DNA of 64,000 nt from assembly GCA_963735285.1 (NCBI GenBank), contig CAVTKN010000013.1:5758-69757 (forward strand), given 5' to 3'. The stretch is from an uncultured Alphaproteobacteria bacterium (lineage in GTDB: Bacteria > Pseudomonadota > Alphaproteobacteria > Rhizobiales > Xanthobacteraceae). Positions 10,049 through 20,925 of this stretch are shown one piece after another (positions within the stretch are counted from its first letter, which is position 1; each line of letters starts with the position of its first letter). The position numbers were made by a program, and so were the translations under genes. The notes below the pieces were generated by a model. It had not been told where the DNA came from and ran no database searches. It saw nothing but the letters and a program-made list of their open reading frames with translations.

Positions 10049-10424
10049 GCGATCTCCTTCGCAGAGGGAGTGGTTCGAGATCGCCCCGCCTGGGAGTTCC
10101 GTCCATCATGATTCTTTTTATTGCCGCGGCCCGTTTTGATATCGGCGCGCGCCACCGCCGTTCAACTCACGCCTGCGTGAGCTTTTATGCCGCCGTTACG
10201 CGACTTTCGTCGAGGGTGTCCGGCCACGCGCCCTGAAATGATTCAGTGAAACCGCAAACTGGTGCGCGCGGCGGAGATTGTCGCGCCGCGCATTGCTGCT
10301 TTGCATTCGCCGCAGCAATCCCGCCGCACAAGCAGCAATCGCGAACAAGCAGCGCCAGCCGCCGCGCGCCATTTACCTTGCAACGAAAGCAACCTCGCTT
10401 TCGTCGATATCAAGGAGACAGATC

Positions 10425-10739
10425 ATGAAAAAGTTTTTCATCAGCACGGCGCTCATCCTGCTGGCCTCGCCGGCATTCGCGCAGTCCTACAGCGCGGGTT
10501 ACGGCACCGGCAATGTGATCAACCTGCCGGCGCTCGAGCACGGCGGCTTCGCATCTATGCCGGAAACCGGAGCCTATGCCTATGCGCCGCAACGCTCCGG
10601 CGCACGGGTGCATGGCGTGCGGGCGGAGTCGATCTCGCCATCGGATCCCGACACGGTCTATGTGAACGGCGAATATGTCGGCCGCGATCCCGACCCGAAT
10701 GTGCGGCTTGAGCTGCGCCGCGACTGGATGCACGACTGA
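10425..10739 (+). CDS. small secreted protein
   Basis: ATG 10425 lies 7 nt after AAGGAGA. The signal peptide is MKKFFISTALILLASPAFAQ. The gene is followed by a strong terminator. Confidence 0.55.
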   Translation: MKKFFISTALILLASPAFAQSYSAGYGTGNVINLPALEHGGFASMPETGAYAYAPQRSGARVHGVRAESISPSDPDTVYVNGEYVGRDPDPNVRLELRRDWMHD

Positions 10740-10760
10740 TCAAACGGCCGTGCCAAACGA

Positions 10761-10788
10761 AAACCCCGGCCGCGCGGCCGGGGTTTTT
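10761..10788. terminator. bidirectional rho-independent terminator
   Basis: AAAACCCCGGCC-GCGC-GGCCGGGGTTTTT has A-run and T-run flanks. It sits between convergent small genes ending at 10739 (+) and 10810 (-). Confidence 0.75.
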
Positions 10789-10809
10789 ATGTGGTTGTGA
10801 CGTGTGCGC

Positions 10810-11011
10810 TCAGGGCTGCGGCGTTTTCTGCGCCGCCAGGGCCTTCATGGTGGGGTAGTTGACGTGCAGGTCGTAGATCGACATCGCGTTCTGCACCGAG
10901 GCCTTCCTCGCGTCGGTGTCGGCGGCTGTGGGGCTGGGCGCCGTGACGACCCTGACGACGAGAACTCAAGGCGGAGACAGCAACAAGAGTGGCAAAGGCT
11001 TTGCGCAGCAT
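10810..11011 (-). pseudogene. small secreted protein, apparently frameshifted
   Basis: ATG at 11011 is preceded by GGAGG. MLRKAFATLVAVSALSS continues sensibly only in the next frame as ...VVTAPSPTAADTDARKASVQNAMSIYDLHVNYPTMKALAAQKTPQP, with the stop immediately before the terminator. The span is 202 nt, not a multiple of 3. The junction is about 10950-10960. Confidence 0.4.
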
Positions 11012-11149
11012 AGATGCCTCCACGCGTGGGACGCCCCCCGGCGGCGGACTGTCGGCCGTGACACGCAAAAAATTCGTGAGCCCGTGCACGTGGCTTTAAA
11101 TAAAAAATGCCCGGGCGGATTTCCCTAAAAAGCGAACGGCCTGCGCCCG

Positions 11150-12724
11150 CTACTCCGCCGGGATTGGCGTGGCCGGCGCAGTGGGTGCGGTGGCGGCCTG
11201 CGAGGGCGCCGTAGGACCTTTTAGCGGACGCTCTTCCATTGAAATCAGGAAGGCCATCCCGAAAGACAACACCAGCGCGCAGGCGAGGAACACGAAGCGG
11301 AAGGCGTAAGCGAGCTCCGGCGCAGACGCCGTGCGCGCCAGCATCTCCACAGACATGCCCGCAACGCCACCCAGCCCGCCGAGCACGATGGCGCCCAGCA
11401 CCGCCACCACCAGCGCGGAAAACAGCGCGCGGAAGAAATTGGCGGCGCCCGTGGCAACGCCCATCTGCGAGCGCGACACCGCGTTCTGCATGCACACGGT
11501 GGAAACCGGAAACACGGTGCCGAGCCCGCAGCCGATGATCATCAGCAGCAGCAGCACCAGCGCCGTCGGCATCGAGCCCGGCCAGATCGCCAGCGGCACC
11601 AGCGAGACGATCGAGATCGCAAGCCCGGCCAGCGACATGCGCTTGTAGCGCGCCACATGCATCATCAGCCGCCCGGTGATGGTGGACATCACCACGGTGG
11701 CCGCCATCAGCGGGATCAGCGCCATGCCGGATTGGCTGGCGGAGAGATGCAGCACCACCTCGAAATACAGCGGCACGAAATATCGTCATCCCGACCAGCG
11801 TGCCCATGTTGCAGGCGCCGGCGAGCGTCGCGCAGCGCACCACCGGGTTGCCCAAAACAGTCAGGGGCAAGAACGGCTCCTTCGTCGACACCAGCCGCCA
11901 GGCAAACAGCCCCCACAGAAGCGCCGAGGCGAGCAGCAGCGCGCCGATCTGCGCCGAGATCCATTCGTAAGCCCGCCCGCCCCACGACAGCGCGAGCAGC
12001 AGCGCGATCGCCGCCGCCATCATCAGCAGCGCGCCGATCACATCGAGCTTGTGCTTGCGCGGATGAAACGGCACGCGGCGCAGCACGCTCGAGGTCATGC
12101 CGAGGGCCACCAGGCCGAGCGGCAAATTGATCCAGAAAATCAGCGACCAGTCGATATGTTCAGTCAGAAAACCGCCGAGCACCGGCCCGCCCACCGAGGA
12201 GGTCGCGAACACCGCGCCGATATAGCCCTGGTAGCGGCCGCGCTCGCGCGGGGAAACAATGTCGGCGATGATGGTTTGCGCGAGCGCCATCAGCCCGCCG
12301 CCGCCGAGGCCCTGGAAGGCGCGGCCCAGCACCAGCTCGGTCATGCCGGGCGCCAGCGCGCAGGCGACCGAGCCCGCGACAAAAGTGCCGATGGCGATGA
12401 GCATCAGCACGCGCCGGCCGTGGATATCCGCGAGCTTGCCGTAGAGCGGCGTCACCGCCGTGGCGGTGAGCAGATAGGCCGTCACCACCCAGGACAGGTC
12501 GCTGATATTGCCGAAATGCCGACCGATGGTGGGCAACGCTGTGGCGACGATGGTCTGGTCGAGTGCACCGAGGAACATCGCCAGCATGATGCCAAGCACG
12601 ATGGCGCGGATTTCCGGGTGCGTGAGGCGGGCGGATCCGGCGGGGCGGCGGCTGCGACGTGCGGTTTGCCGCGCGGCTCCGCCTTGGCGGGACTTGGCTT
12701 TGCTTTCGGTTTTCCGGAGGTCAT
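11150..12724 (-). pseudogene. MFS drug:H+ antiporter of the EmrB/QacA (DHA2, 14-TMS) type, frameshifted
   Basis: ORF 10845-12599 is good MFS sequence up to ...ACNMGTLVGMTIF. The sense continues in ORF 11150-11776 as VPLYFEVVLHLSASQSGMALIPLM... The junction at about 11777 is a T-run/extra base. The probable N-terminus MTSGKPKAKPS... (ATG 12724) is in yet another frame relative to ...RLTHPEIRAIVLGIML. Confidence 0.8.
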
Positions 12725-12904
12725 CAGGGATCGTTGAGGTGAAACTCGAATTTGAAGTTGCGGTTTAAGCTTGAAAATGCGGTTTAAATGCAAGGACTCA
12801 ACTGTGAACTCAATGGTCGCCAACCCGCTGAATGCCTTGCCGGTTCCGCCGATGCAAGACGCGATGTTGCGGGGGTGGTATGTCGGATGGACGCATGCAA
12901 AACC

Positions 12905-13045
12905 TCTCAGCTGTCATCACCGGGCAACCGGGTCCGCGCGAGCGCGGCCCGGCTGTAAACTTGTCCCGGTGATCCTGCTTAGAGAGGCAAAGCCGTGCCA
13001 GATAAATCGGGATGGCCGGGACGAGCCCGGCCATGACAGGCTGAG
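12905..13045. repeat. family A compound element, nested-hairpin variant plus inverted partner
   Basis: GTCATCACCGGG[CAACCGGGTCCGCGCGAGCGCGGCCCGGCTGTAAA]CTTGTCCCGGTGATCC ... GGGATGGCCGGGACGAGCCCGGCCATGAC. Confidence 0.8.
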
Positions 13046-13130
13046 ATGACACGTCCCTTCCTACACACACTCTTGGCGTCGTGGCCATCCCCCTCCTCCT
13101 GCTCCTTGCCGTCTCACGCTCGCCCGCGAC

Positions 13131-13823
13131 ATGCTCCCGCCCGGCTTCGTCTTCCTGCGCGACGTCGACTCCAGCATCGCGCAGGACATGCGCTATGCGA
13201 CGTCCGACAATTTCACCGGCCGCCCTCTCCCCGGCTATGGCGCGGGCGAATGCATCCTGCGCCGCGAGGCGGCCGACGCGCTCAAGCGCGTGCAGGCCGA
13301 TCTCGCCAAGGAAAACCTCGGTCTCAAGGTCTACGACTGCTACCGCCCTACCCGCGCGGTGCGCGCCATGGCGGCCTGGGCACATGATGGCGACGACAGC
13401 GCGACCACCAAGCGCTTCTACCCCGAGCTGCAAAAGCGCAATTTGTTCAGGCTCGGCTACATCGCCGCGCAGTCGAAACATTCAACCGGCACCACCGTCG
13501 ATCTCACCTTGATCAGGCGGCCGGCGGCGGCGGCAGCGGCCTTCGATCCGGCGGCGCGCTATGGCCCCTGCACCGGCCCGGCCGCCAGGCGCGCGCCCGA
13601 CAACAGCATCGACATGGGCACCGGCTTCGATTGCTTCGACCTGCGCAGCTACGGCGCCAACAAGGAGATTTCACCCGAGCAGAAGCGCTGGCGGTCCACG
13701 CTCAACGCGGCCATGCGCCGGCACGGCTTTGCGAATTACTTCCGCGAATGGTGGCACTTTTCGTTTGGCGGCGCCGCCGAGCCACGGGCTTATGATTTCG
13801 CGATCGGACCGCGGGGGAGATGA
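13131..13823 (+). CDS. ddpX: D-alanyl-D-alanine dipeptidase (VanX/DdpX, peptidase M15D)
   Basis: FVFLRDVDSSIAQDMRYATSDNFTGRPLPGY...SKHSTGTTVDLTL...EWWHFSF matches the VanX-family zinc dipeptidase signature. Signal-peptide-like stretches (MTRPFLHTLLAS, VAIPLLLLLAVS) lie upstream at 13046-13130 in other frames, so the true 5' end is unclear. Confidence 0.8.
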   Translation: MLPPGFVFLRDVDSSIAQDMRYATSDNFTGRPLPGYGAGECILRREAADALKRVQADLAKENLGLKVYDCYRPTRAVRAMAAWAHDGDDSATTKRFYPELQKRNLFRLGYIAAQSKHSTGTTVDLTLIRRPAAAAAAFDPAARYGPCTGPAARRAPDNSIDMGTGFDCFDLRSYGANKEISPEQKRWRSTLNAAMRRHGFANYFREWWHFSFGGAAEPRAYDFAIGPRGR

Positions 13824-13852
13824 GCGGCAGCGCGCGCACGCCTTACGAATCG

Positions 13853-15512
13853 TCATGGAAAATGCTCGGCGTGCCAATCGGCTTCCAGCTCCGGGTTGAT
13901 CTTGGCGTCGATCAGGAAAACGCCGGGTGCCCCTTCGCTCACCCAGCTTCGCAACGAGTCCAGGTCGGCAACGGTCCGCACTGTCGCCGCCCGTGCGCCA
14001 TACCCGCGGGCAATCGCGGCGAAATCAGTGTCCGGAAATTGCACGATATCGATCGAGTAGCCCTGGCGCCGGAAATAATGGACTTCAGCCGCGTAGGAGC
14101 TGTCGTTGTAGATGAGGATGCACATTCGCAGCCCGAGACGGATTGCGGTCTCCAGGTCGGCGATCGACATCAGGAAGCCGCCATCGCCCGCGCCGAGCAC
14201 AGCCAACTTGCCTGGATTTGCGATTGCCAAGCCGATCGCCGACGCCAGCCCAAGACCGACCGATTGAAATGAATGACTGAGACATGACGCTTTCGGATTG
14301 GGCACGCGCAGATAGCGCGGCACCCATCCGCAGAAATGTCCGGAGTCGGACGCAACCACGCGATCTTTTGGCAAAATATCGTCCACCGCTTTGCTCAGCG
14401 TGCGCGGGTCGATGAAGCGCGCAGTCAATTCATCCGGATACGGGCTGTGCTGGTTGTCGCCGGAACGGATGCGTGCGCGCGTCGCGTCGTCGCGGCGGCC
14501 TGCCCCCTTCACCGCAGCCTGCCGGCCAAGCTCCGCCAGCAGCGCCTCGGCGGTTTCTTTCGCATCGCCAAGCACGGCGTGTTGCACCGGCATCTGGTAG
14601 CCGAGCTTCGCGGCCTCGATATCAATTTGCGCAACGACCGTGCCCGGCCCGATCAACTTGCCTTTCTTGGTCGTCCATTGCGTGAAACTCACGCCAAAGC
14701 CAAGAATGAGATCGCTCTCGGAAATCAACGCATCCGCCGCCGGCGAGGAAAAGCCGCCGCTGATGCCAACCGACCATTGATCGTCTGCAAACAGGCCGTG
14801 GCCGCAAATCGATGTCGCGAGCAACGCGCCGATGCGATCGGCCAGCGCCATCAAGGGCTTTTCGGCTCCGGACAGGACGGCGCCACGTCCCGCGATAATG
14901 AGTGGCCGTTTGGCGCGCGCCACGGCTTCGGCCAGCCGGCGGACATCCTCAGGATTCGGCTGCAGGCGCCCCGGCTTTGCGACCCAATTCGGGCGGCGCG
15001 TTGCTGCCGTTGAGTTTTGCATCCTGCACATCGAGCGGCAGGCTCAGCACAACGGTCTGGCGGTCGTGCAAGGCGCGCGTCACCGCGCGCAACAGATCGC
15101 CGCGGGCGGATTGCGGGCTGTCAACGCGTTCGGAAACGGCGCCCACCGAGCGCACCAGCGCCGCCTGCTCCATGTAGAAATTCGATTTGACATTGCCGGT
15201 CGGCACGTCGCCGGCAAGAACAAGAAGAGGCGTGCGGCTTTTCGCGGCCTCGCCGATCCCGGTGATCGCGTTGGTGAGGCCGGGCCCGGAATGCACGCTG
15301 ACCAGCGTCAGCTCCCCGGTCGCCTTGGCATAGGCATCCGCCATGCTGGCGGCATTGCCTTCGTGACGCGCTGAAATCAGTTCGACGCCGGCCTCGACCA
15401 GTCCGTGCGAAATCTTGAAATTGGCCGTGCCGAGCAAACCGAAACAGCGGCGTGCCCCAAGTGCCGCGAGATCTTTTGCCAGGACCGCGGCGACTGTTGA
15501 ATCGTTGCTCAT
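13853..15512 (-). pseudogene. thiamine-diphosphate-dependent enzyme (acetolactate-synthase-like family), frameshifted
   Basis: The N-terminal PYR domain is ORF 14949-15512 (…HEGNAASMADAYAKATGELTLVSVHSGPGLTNAITGIGEA…). The central and PP domains are ORF 13853-15031 (…GAGDGGFLMSIADLETAIRLGLRMCILIYNDSSY…). The frames differ and the junction is about 14995-15017. Confidence 0.8.
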
Positions 15513-15615
15513 GGCTGCCGGCCGCCTTTGTTTGACTCTCCAACCTCCTCATAACAATATACTAAATGCAGAACAAATGACCGGGCAGCCAGCTCGGCGG
15601 GGGAGGATCGTCATC

Positions 15616-16581
15616 ATGACCAGGAAGATTGCGCTCGGATTATTTGCAGCAACCTGTCTTTGCTCATCAAGTTTCGCTCAGGAAGTCACGCTGCGCGCCG
15701 TGACGGCCTTCGCCGAGAAAACGACCTACTCGCGTCCCTTTGAAAAATTTATCGAGCAGGTGAATGCGGACGGCAAAGGCCTCATTCAGATCAATTATAT
15801 CGGCGGGCCGAAGGCGATGCCGCCGTTCGAAGTCGGCAACGCCTTGAAGACCGGCGTCGTCGACATCGCGAACACGACCGGCGCTTTCACCACCAACGTC
15901 ATGCCGGAATCCGACGCCTGGAAGCTCACCGAACGTCCGATGTCGGAGCTTCGCAAGAATGGCGGCTTCGACTACATGGCCAAGCTGTACGCCGAGAAGA
16001 TGAATGCCATTTTCCTGGCGCGGCTGACCGACAACAATCCGTTTCATCTTTACCTGAACAAGCCGATTTCAACGCCCGACCTGACCGGCCTGAAGATTCG
16101 CATCACGCCGGTTTATCGCGACTTCTTCCAGGCGCTCGGCGCCACGGTCGTGCAAACCCCGCCGGGCGAAGTCTATACATCGCTCGAGCGCGGCGTGGTC
16201 GACGGCTATGGCTGGCCTATCACCGGCATCTTCGATCTCGGCTGGCATGAGAAGACGAAATATCGCGTCGACCCCGGCTTCTACACCGTCGAGGTCTCGG
16301 TGCTCGTCAACAAGACGACCTGGGACAAGCTGTCCGACGCCCAGAAAGCCGTGTTGCGCAAGGCGGGCGAACGCGGCGAAGCGGAAGCGGCGGCGGCATT
16401 CGGCGAGGAGAACGCGAAAGATACCAAGCGGCAGGCCGATGCCGGCATTCAAACCATCAAGTTCGATGCCGCGACGGCCGAAGCCTACCGGGCGAAGGCC
16501 TATCAGGCCGGCTGGGAGGGCATCATCAAGCAAAGCCCCGAGCACGGCCCGAAGCTCAAGGAATTCTTCTCGAAGAAATAA
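15616..16581 (+). CDS. TRAP transporter substrate-binding protein (DctP family)
   Basis: ATG 15616 follows GGGAGGA. The signal peptide is MTRKIALGLFAATCLCSSSFAQ. DctP-like sequence, followed by DctQ and DctM genes. Confidence 0.85.
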   Translation: MTRKIALGLFAATCLCSSSFAQEVTLRAVTAFAEKTTYSRPFEKFIEQVNADGKGLIQINYIGGPKAMPPFEVGNALKTGVVDIANTTGAFTTNVMPESDAWKLTERPMSELRKNGGFDYMAKLYAEKMNAIFLARLTDNNPFHLYLNKPISTPDLTGLKIRITPVYRDFFQALGATVVQTPPGEVYTSLERGVVDGYGWPITGIFDLGWHEKTKYRVDPGFYTVEVSVLVNKTTWDKLSDAQKAVLRKAGERGEAEAAAAFGEENAKDTKRQADAGIQTIKFDAATAEAYRAKAYQAGWEGIIKQSPEHGPKLKEFFSKK

Positions 16582-16601
16582 CGGCCTGTCACTGCGTCCC
16601 G

Positions 16602-17129
16602 ATGAGCTCCCGCATGGCGCGACTATCCGAATGGTATGGGCGCCTGCTCAACGCGCTCGTTGTCGTGGCGTGTCTCCTGCTGCTCGTCATGACCATCATG
16701 ATCGGCGCCGATGTTGTGTCGCGCAACATCGGCGGTGGCGGCGTTGCGGTGAGCAACGAGCTGTCCGAGGACATCCTCTATTTGATGACGCTGCTGGCCG
16801 CGCCCTGGCTGCTCCGCCAGGGCCAGCATATTCGCGTGGACATCATCTTGCGCGCCCTGCCCGTTCGCGCGGCCTGGGCTCTCGAATGGGTCGGTGACAT
16901 CGTCGGCTTTTTCTGCTGCAGCTATTTCGTCTGGTACGGATGGCTGATCACGGCGGCGAGCTACTCGGCCGGCTCGGTCAACATCAAGACACTGGTCACG
17001 CCCGAGTGGTGGACGCTGGCGCCGCTTCCGGTCGGATTTGCTCTTCTGGGCATCGAGTTCATTTTCCGCATGCATCGCCTGTCCACGGCCGAGATCGGCT
17101 TGCGGGACGACGCCATTTCGGCGGCCTGA
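16602..17129 (+). CDS. TRAP transporter small permease (DctQ family)
   Basis: 175-aa, 4-TM protein lying between the DctP-like and DctM-like genes. Confidence 0.8.
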   Translation: MSSRMARLSEWYGRLLNALVVVACLLLLVMTIMIGADVVSRNIGGGGVAVSNELSEDILYLMTLLAAPWLLRQGQHIRVDIILRALPVRAAWALEWVGDIVGFFCCSYFVWYGWLITAASYSAGSVNIKTLVTPEWWTLAPLPVGFALLGIEFIFRMHRLSTAEIGLRDDAISAA

Positions 17130-17156
17130 CAACCCGGCAGACTGGAAACGACCCTC

Positions 17157-18482
17157 ATGACTTGGCCGATGTCCTGGCAGATGGCCTCGCTGCTGCTCCT
17201 GGGAGGCTCGACTGTCCTGTTGTTTGTCGGCATGCCGGTTGCGATTTCGTTCATCGCGATCAACATGATCGGCGCGGTGCTGTTTCTCGGCGGCGATGCC
17301 GGCTTGCACCAGGTCGCCCGCAACAGCGTCGCTGCCGCCATCAATTTCTCGCTGACGCCGATTCCGCTTTTTATCCTGATGGGAGAGGTGCTTTTTCACA
17401 CCGGCCTTGCGCTGAAGGTCATCGACGGCGTCGAGCGGCTGATCCGCCAGGTGCCGGGCCGTCTCGCCGTGGTCGCGGTCGTTGCCGGAACGATTTTCTC
17501 CGCGATATCGGGCTCGACGATTGCAACGACGGCGATGCTCGGTTCGTTGATGCTGCCGGTCATGCTGTCGCGCGGCTACCATCCGGTCCTGGCGACCGGT
17601 CCGATCATGGCGATTGGCGCAGTCGACATGCTCATTCCGCCGTCCGCGCTCACCGTCCTGCTCGGCAGCCTTTCGGGAATTTCGATTTCCAAGCTGCTGA
17701 TTGGCGGCGTCGTTCCGGGGCTGATCCTGAGCGTCGCTTTTGTCGGCTACATCATCGTGCGGGTGCTGACGCGGCCCGATCTCGCGCCGGCAACGCCGAT
17801 CGAAAGAAAGACGGGGTGGGCCCGCTATGAATTGCTCATTTTCTATGTCTTGCCGCTGGCCTCGATCTTCGTCGTCGTGATCGGCGCGATGTCGGCGGGC
17901 ATTGCAACGCCGACGGAATCCGCGGCCTTGGGTGCGCTTGCGACCATGGCGCTGGCGGCCGGCTATCGAGCGCTCAACGTCCAGAACCTGATGCGGGCCT
18001 TGCGCGGCACGGTGGCCATCTCCGGCATGATTCTGTTTATTATTCTCGGCGCCATTACATTCTCGCAGATCCTCAGCTTTTCCGGCGCAACGCAGGGCAT
18101 TGTCACGGCTGTTCTTGGCCAGGGACTGTCGACCTTGGCCATTCTTGGCGGGATGATGCTGCTGTTGATTTTTCTAGGAATTTTCGTGGACCAGGTCAGC
18201 ATGATGCTGATCACGCTGCCGGTCTTCATGCCGATCGTTCAGCGGCTGGAAATAGATCTGATCTGGTTCGGCGTGCTCTATCTGATCTGCATGCAACTGG
18301 GCCTGCTGCTGCCGCCGCACGGGCTTTTGTTGATGACCATGAAGGGGGTCGCCCCGCCGCAAGTGACGATGGCGCACATTTTCCAGGCCGTTGTGCCCTA
18401 CGTTGCCATGAGCATCGTGCTCCTGTTGATTATCTTTGCATTTCCGGCGATTGCGACCTGGCTGCCAAATCTTTTGGGGTGA
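17157..18482 (+). CDS. TRAP transporter large permease (DctM family)
   Basis: 441-aa polytopic membrane protein with typical DctM sequence (…LFILMGEVLFHTGL…ISGSTIATTAMLGS…). Confidence 0.9.
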   Translation: MTWPMSWQMASLLLLGGSTVLLFVGMPVAISFIAINMIGAVLFLGGDAGLHQVARNSVAAAINFSLTPIPLFILMGEVLFHTGLALKVIDGVERLIRQVPGRLAVVAVVAGTIFSAISGSTIATTAMLGSLMLPVMLSRGYHPVLATGPIMAIGAVDMLIPPSALTVLLGSLSGISISKLLIGGVVPGLILSVAFVGYIIVRVLTRPDLAPATPIERKTGWARYELLIFYVLPLASIFVVVIGAMSAGIATPTESAALGALATMALAAGYRALNVQNLMRALRGTVAISGMILFIILGAITFSQILSFSGATQGIVTAVLGQGLSTLAILGGMMLLLIFLGIFVDQVSMMLITLPVFMPIVQRLEIDLIWFGVLYLICMQLGLLLPPHGLLLMTMKGVAPPQVTMAHIFQAVVPYVAMSIVLLLIIFAFPAIATWLPNLLG

Positions 18483-18489
18483 TCGCGCC

Positions 18490-18873
18490 ATGCTCCTGCT
18501 GATGATCCGGTTTGCAGTGTACGCCGCGATCTGCTGCGCGCTTCTGCTGGTGTGGGCCGAGCGTGAAGGCGGTCACGCGGCGATGGGAATTGTTGCCGGT
18601 GGAATCCTCACCTCATGGGCGGCTGCCCTGGCCTGGATCGTTGCAACTGTGAGCGAACGCCTCGCCGCGTTGCCGTTGCTCCGGCTCGGCATTCACGTCG
18701 TGTCGGCATTTGTTGTTTTCGCCGCTGTTTCGGCCGGCATATTTACATATTTGCAGTCGGGCGGCCGATCCTATGGCTATTGGGATTTCATCCTGTCCCT
18801 GGGCGCCATCGTCGCCTTTGCCGCGCTCGTCGACGGCATCATCGGGATGGCGAAGCGCGCCGCCCCGGAATGA
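18490..18873 (+). CDS. integral membrane protein of unknown function
   Basis: ATG 18490 lies within ORF 18436-18873. There are four predicted hydrophobic helices, and the start is 8 nt after the dctM stop. Confidence 0.5.
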   Translation: MLLLMIRFAVYAAICCALLLVWAEREGGHAAMGIVAGGILTSWAAALAWIVATVSERLAALPLLRLGIHVVSAFVVFAAVSAGIFTYLQSGGRSYGYWDFILSLGAIVAFAALVDGIIGMAKRAAPE

Positions 18874-18894
18874 TGAACGCCTGGCGCGAATGTG

Positions 18895-18932
18895 CTCTCA
18901 CCGTCATCACCGGGCTTGTCCCGGCCATGACA
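18895..18932. repeat. family A single hairpin unit
   Basis: CTCTCACCGTCATCACCGGGCTTGTCCCGGCCATGAC. The arms are of mixed type. Confidence 0.75.
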
Positions 18933-19067
18933 GGTTCGGAATTCTCGCCAGCTGAGACATCACAACGCCGATATCCCGATGAATCGCGTTTCATTGACAC
19001 TAAAAATCAAGGCGACCATAGTTTCCAAAAGGCCAATTCCAACAATCTATTTCGGGAGGCCGTGCAT

Positions 19068-20090
19068 ATGCCTAAAACAATTCGCTCGAAACATAGCGCC
19101 CTGGGCCTGCTCGGCCTGACAGCCGCGCTGATGACCACGCCCGCCTTCGCGCAGCAGGAGGTGAATTACGGTGTGCAGCCCGACACCGATCCGTCTTTCA
19201 TTGCAAAGGCTCTCGGTTATTTCGAGCCGATCGAGAAAAAACACAACGTCAAGATCGTCTTCCGGGAATTTTCCTACGGCGCGCCGGAAAATCAGGCGAT
19301 GGCCGCAGGCGCCTTGCAATTCGCGTCGGCCGGCATGGGGCCGGCCACCATCGCGGTCTCGCGCCTGCCGGCCAAGCTCGTCGCCATCAACATTCTTGAA
19401 CAAACGGCAATCCTCGTGCCGACAGATTCCGCCCTGAAGTCGCCGTGCGAGCTCAAGGGCAAGGCCGTCGCCTACCCCGGCGAGGGATCGCAGCAATATC
19501 CTTTGCTGCTCAAGGCCCTTTCAAAGTGCGGCCTCACCGCGCAGGACATCAAGCTTTTCAAATCCAACGGTCCTGACATTCCCACTTTGGTGTCCAACAA
19601 ATCGGTCGATGCGGGCATCACCTGGGATCCGTCGATTTCGGTCGGCCTCGCCTCGGGCAAGGTGAAGATCCTGGCCAAGGCCGAGGAGATCATGCCGATC
19701 ATGGGCGGCCACTATGTCGGCAACGGGCTCTACGCGCGCAATGAGTTCCTGCAGGATCACAAGGACGTCGTGCAGGAGCTGGTGACGGCGAACGTCAAGG
19801 CGATCAATTATATTCTCTGTCATCCGAAGGAGGCGGCGAAGCTCTGGAGCAAGGAGATCCGCATCAACGAGGATGCCATCCAGCTCTCGCTCGATCGCGG
19901 CATCTCCGTCTACAGCCTCAACGTCATTCCGACGGAAGAGACGATGCAGGCCTATACGGCGTTTCTCAAGGACGCGAAAATTCTGCAGCCCGACGATAGC
20001 CCTAAGATCGATGCGTCCTTCGCCACCAAAGCCCTGCAGGACGTCAAGAGCACCGAAAAAACCTGCATGGAGACGGGCCCAAGTAAGTAG
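19068..20090 (+). CDS. ABC transporter substrate-binding protein, NitT/TauT (SsuA/TauA-like, NMT1) family
   Basis: ATG 19068 follows GGGAGG. The signal peptide is MPKTIRSKHSALGLLGLTAALMTTPAFA. Cognate permease and ATPase genes follow. Confidence 0.8.
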   Translation: MPKTIRSKHSALGLLGLTAALMTTPAFAQQEVNYGVQPDTDPSFIAKALGYFEPIEKKHNVKIVFREFSYGAPENQAMAAGALQFASAGMGPATIAVSRLPAKLVAINILEQTAILVPTDSALKSPCELKGKAVAYPGEGSQQYPLLLKALSKCGLTAQDIKLFKSNGPDIPTLVSNKSVDAGITWDPSISVGLASGKVKILAKAEEIMPIMGGHYVGNGLYARNEFLQDHKDVVQELVTANVKAINYILCHPKEAAKLWSKEIRINEDAIQLSLDRGISVYSLNVIPTEETMQAYTAFLKDAKILQPDDSPKIDASFATKALQDVKSTEKTCMETGPSK

Positions 20091-20115
20091 GCAAGTAAGT
20101 AAATGCCGGTGAGCA

Positions 20116-20925
20116 TTGGTTTCCACCACGAATAGTCCGTCTCGTGTGAGCGCCAACCCGCATCGCGTGCTGGCCGGCATGGCAAAGGCATTGCCTTTTT
20201 TCTACGCCGGCATCGTGATCGTGCTGGTCTGGCAGTTGCTTGTCACGGTGACGAAGCCTGATCGCGCGCTCCTGCCCCCGCCGATCGACGTGGCCCGCAC
20301 GTTCATCCATCTCGCGAGCGACGGCGAGCTCGCCATCCACAGCGCCTATAGCCTCGCGCGCGTTTTTGCCGCCTGGCTTCTGTCGGCTGTGATCGCGATC
20401 CCGCTCGGGCTCCTGATGGGAAGCTCGCGCAGGCTCGATCGCATCATCAGTCCCTTCGTCGAGCTGTTCCGGCCGATATCGCCGCTGGCCTGGATTCCGA
20501 TGGCGATCCTCTGGTTCGGCATCGGTGAAGCGGGAAAGGTCTTCGTGGTCTTCATCGGCACGTTTTTCCCGATTTTGCTGAACACGATCGTCGGCGCCAA
20601 GGGTGTGGATCCGGTCCTGTTGCATGCCGGCCAGATCTTCGGCTGCACCAGCCGCACCGCGCTGTTTCAGCGCGTGGTGGTGCCCGCCGCCCTGCCCAGC
20701 ATCGTCGTCGGATTGCGTGTGGCCTTCGGCACCGGATGGGCGGCGATCATTGCGGCCGAACTGGTGGCGGCGCACAGCGGCCTCGGCTACCTGATTGCGA
20801 ACGGCATGGACATCCTGCGCGCCGACCAGGTTCTCGTCGGCATGATCACCATCGGGCTCTTGGGCTTTCTCTTCGATACGTTGTTTCGATACCTGCAGTC
20901 GCGCTACGGACGTAGCCCCCCATGA
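20116..20925 (+). CDS. ABC transporter permease, NitT/TauT family
   Basis: 269-aa ORF with the EAA-type loop region ...AAELVAAHSGLGYLI... An alternative start lies at ATG 20179. The stop overlaps the next start. Confidence 0.85.
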   Translation: MVSTTNSPSRVSANPHRVLAGMAKALPFFYAGIVIVLVWQLLVTVTKPDRALLPPPIDVARTFIHLASDGELAIHSAYSLARVFAAWLLSAVIAIPLGLLMGSSRRLDRIISPFVELFRPISPLAWIPMAILWFGIGEAGKVFVVFIGTFFPILLNTIVGAKGVDPVLLHAGQIFGCTSRTALFQRVVVPAALPSIVVGLRVAFGTGWAAIIAAELVAAHSGLGYLIANGMDILRADQVLVGMITIGLLGFLFDTLFRYLQSRYGRSPP

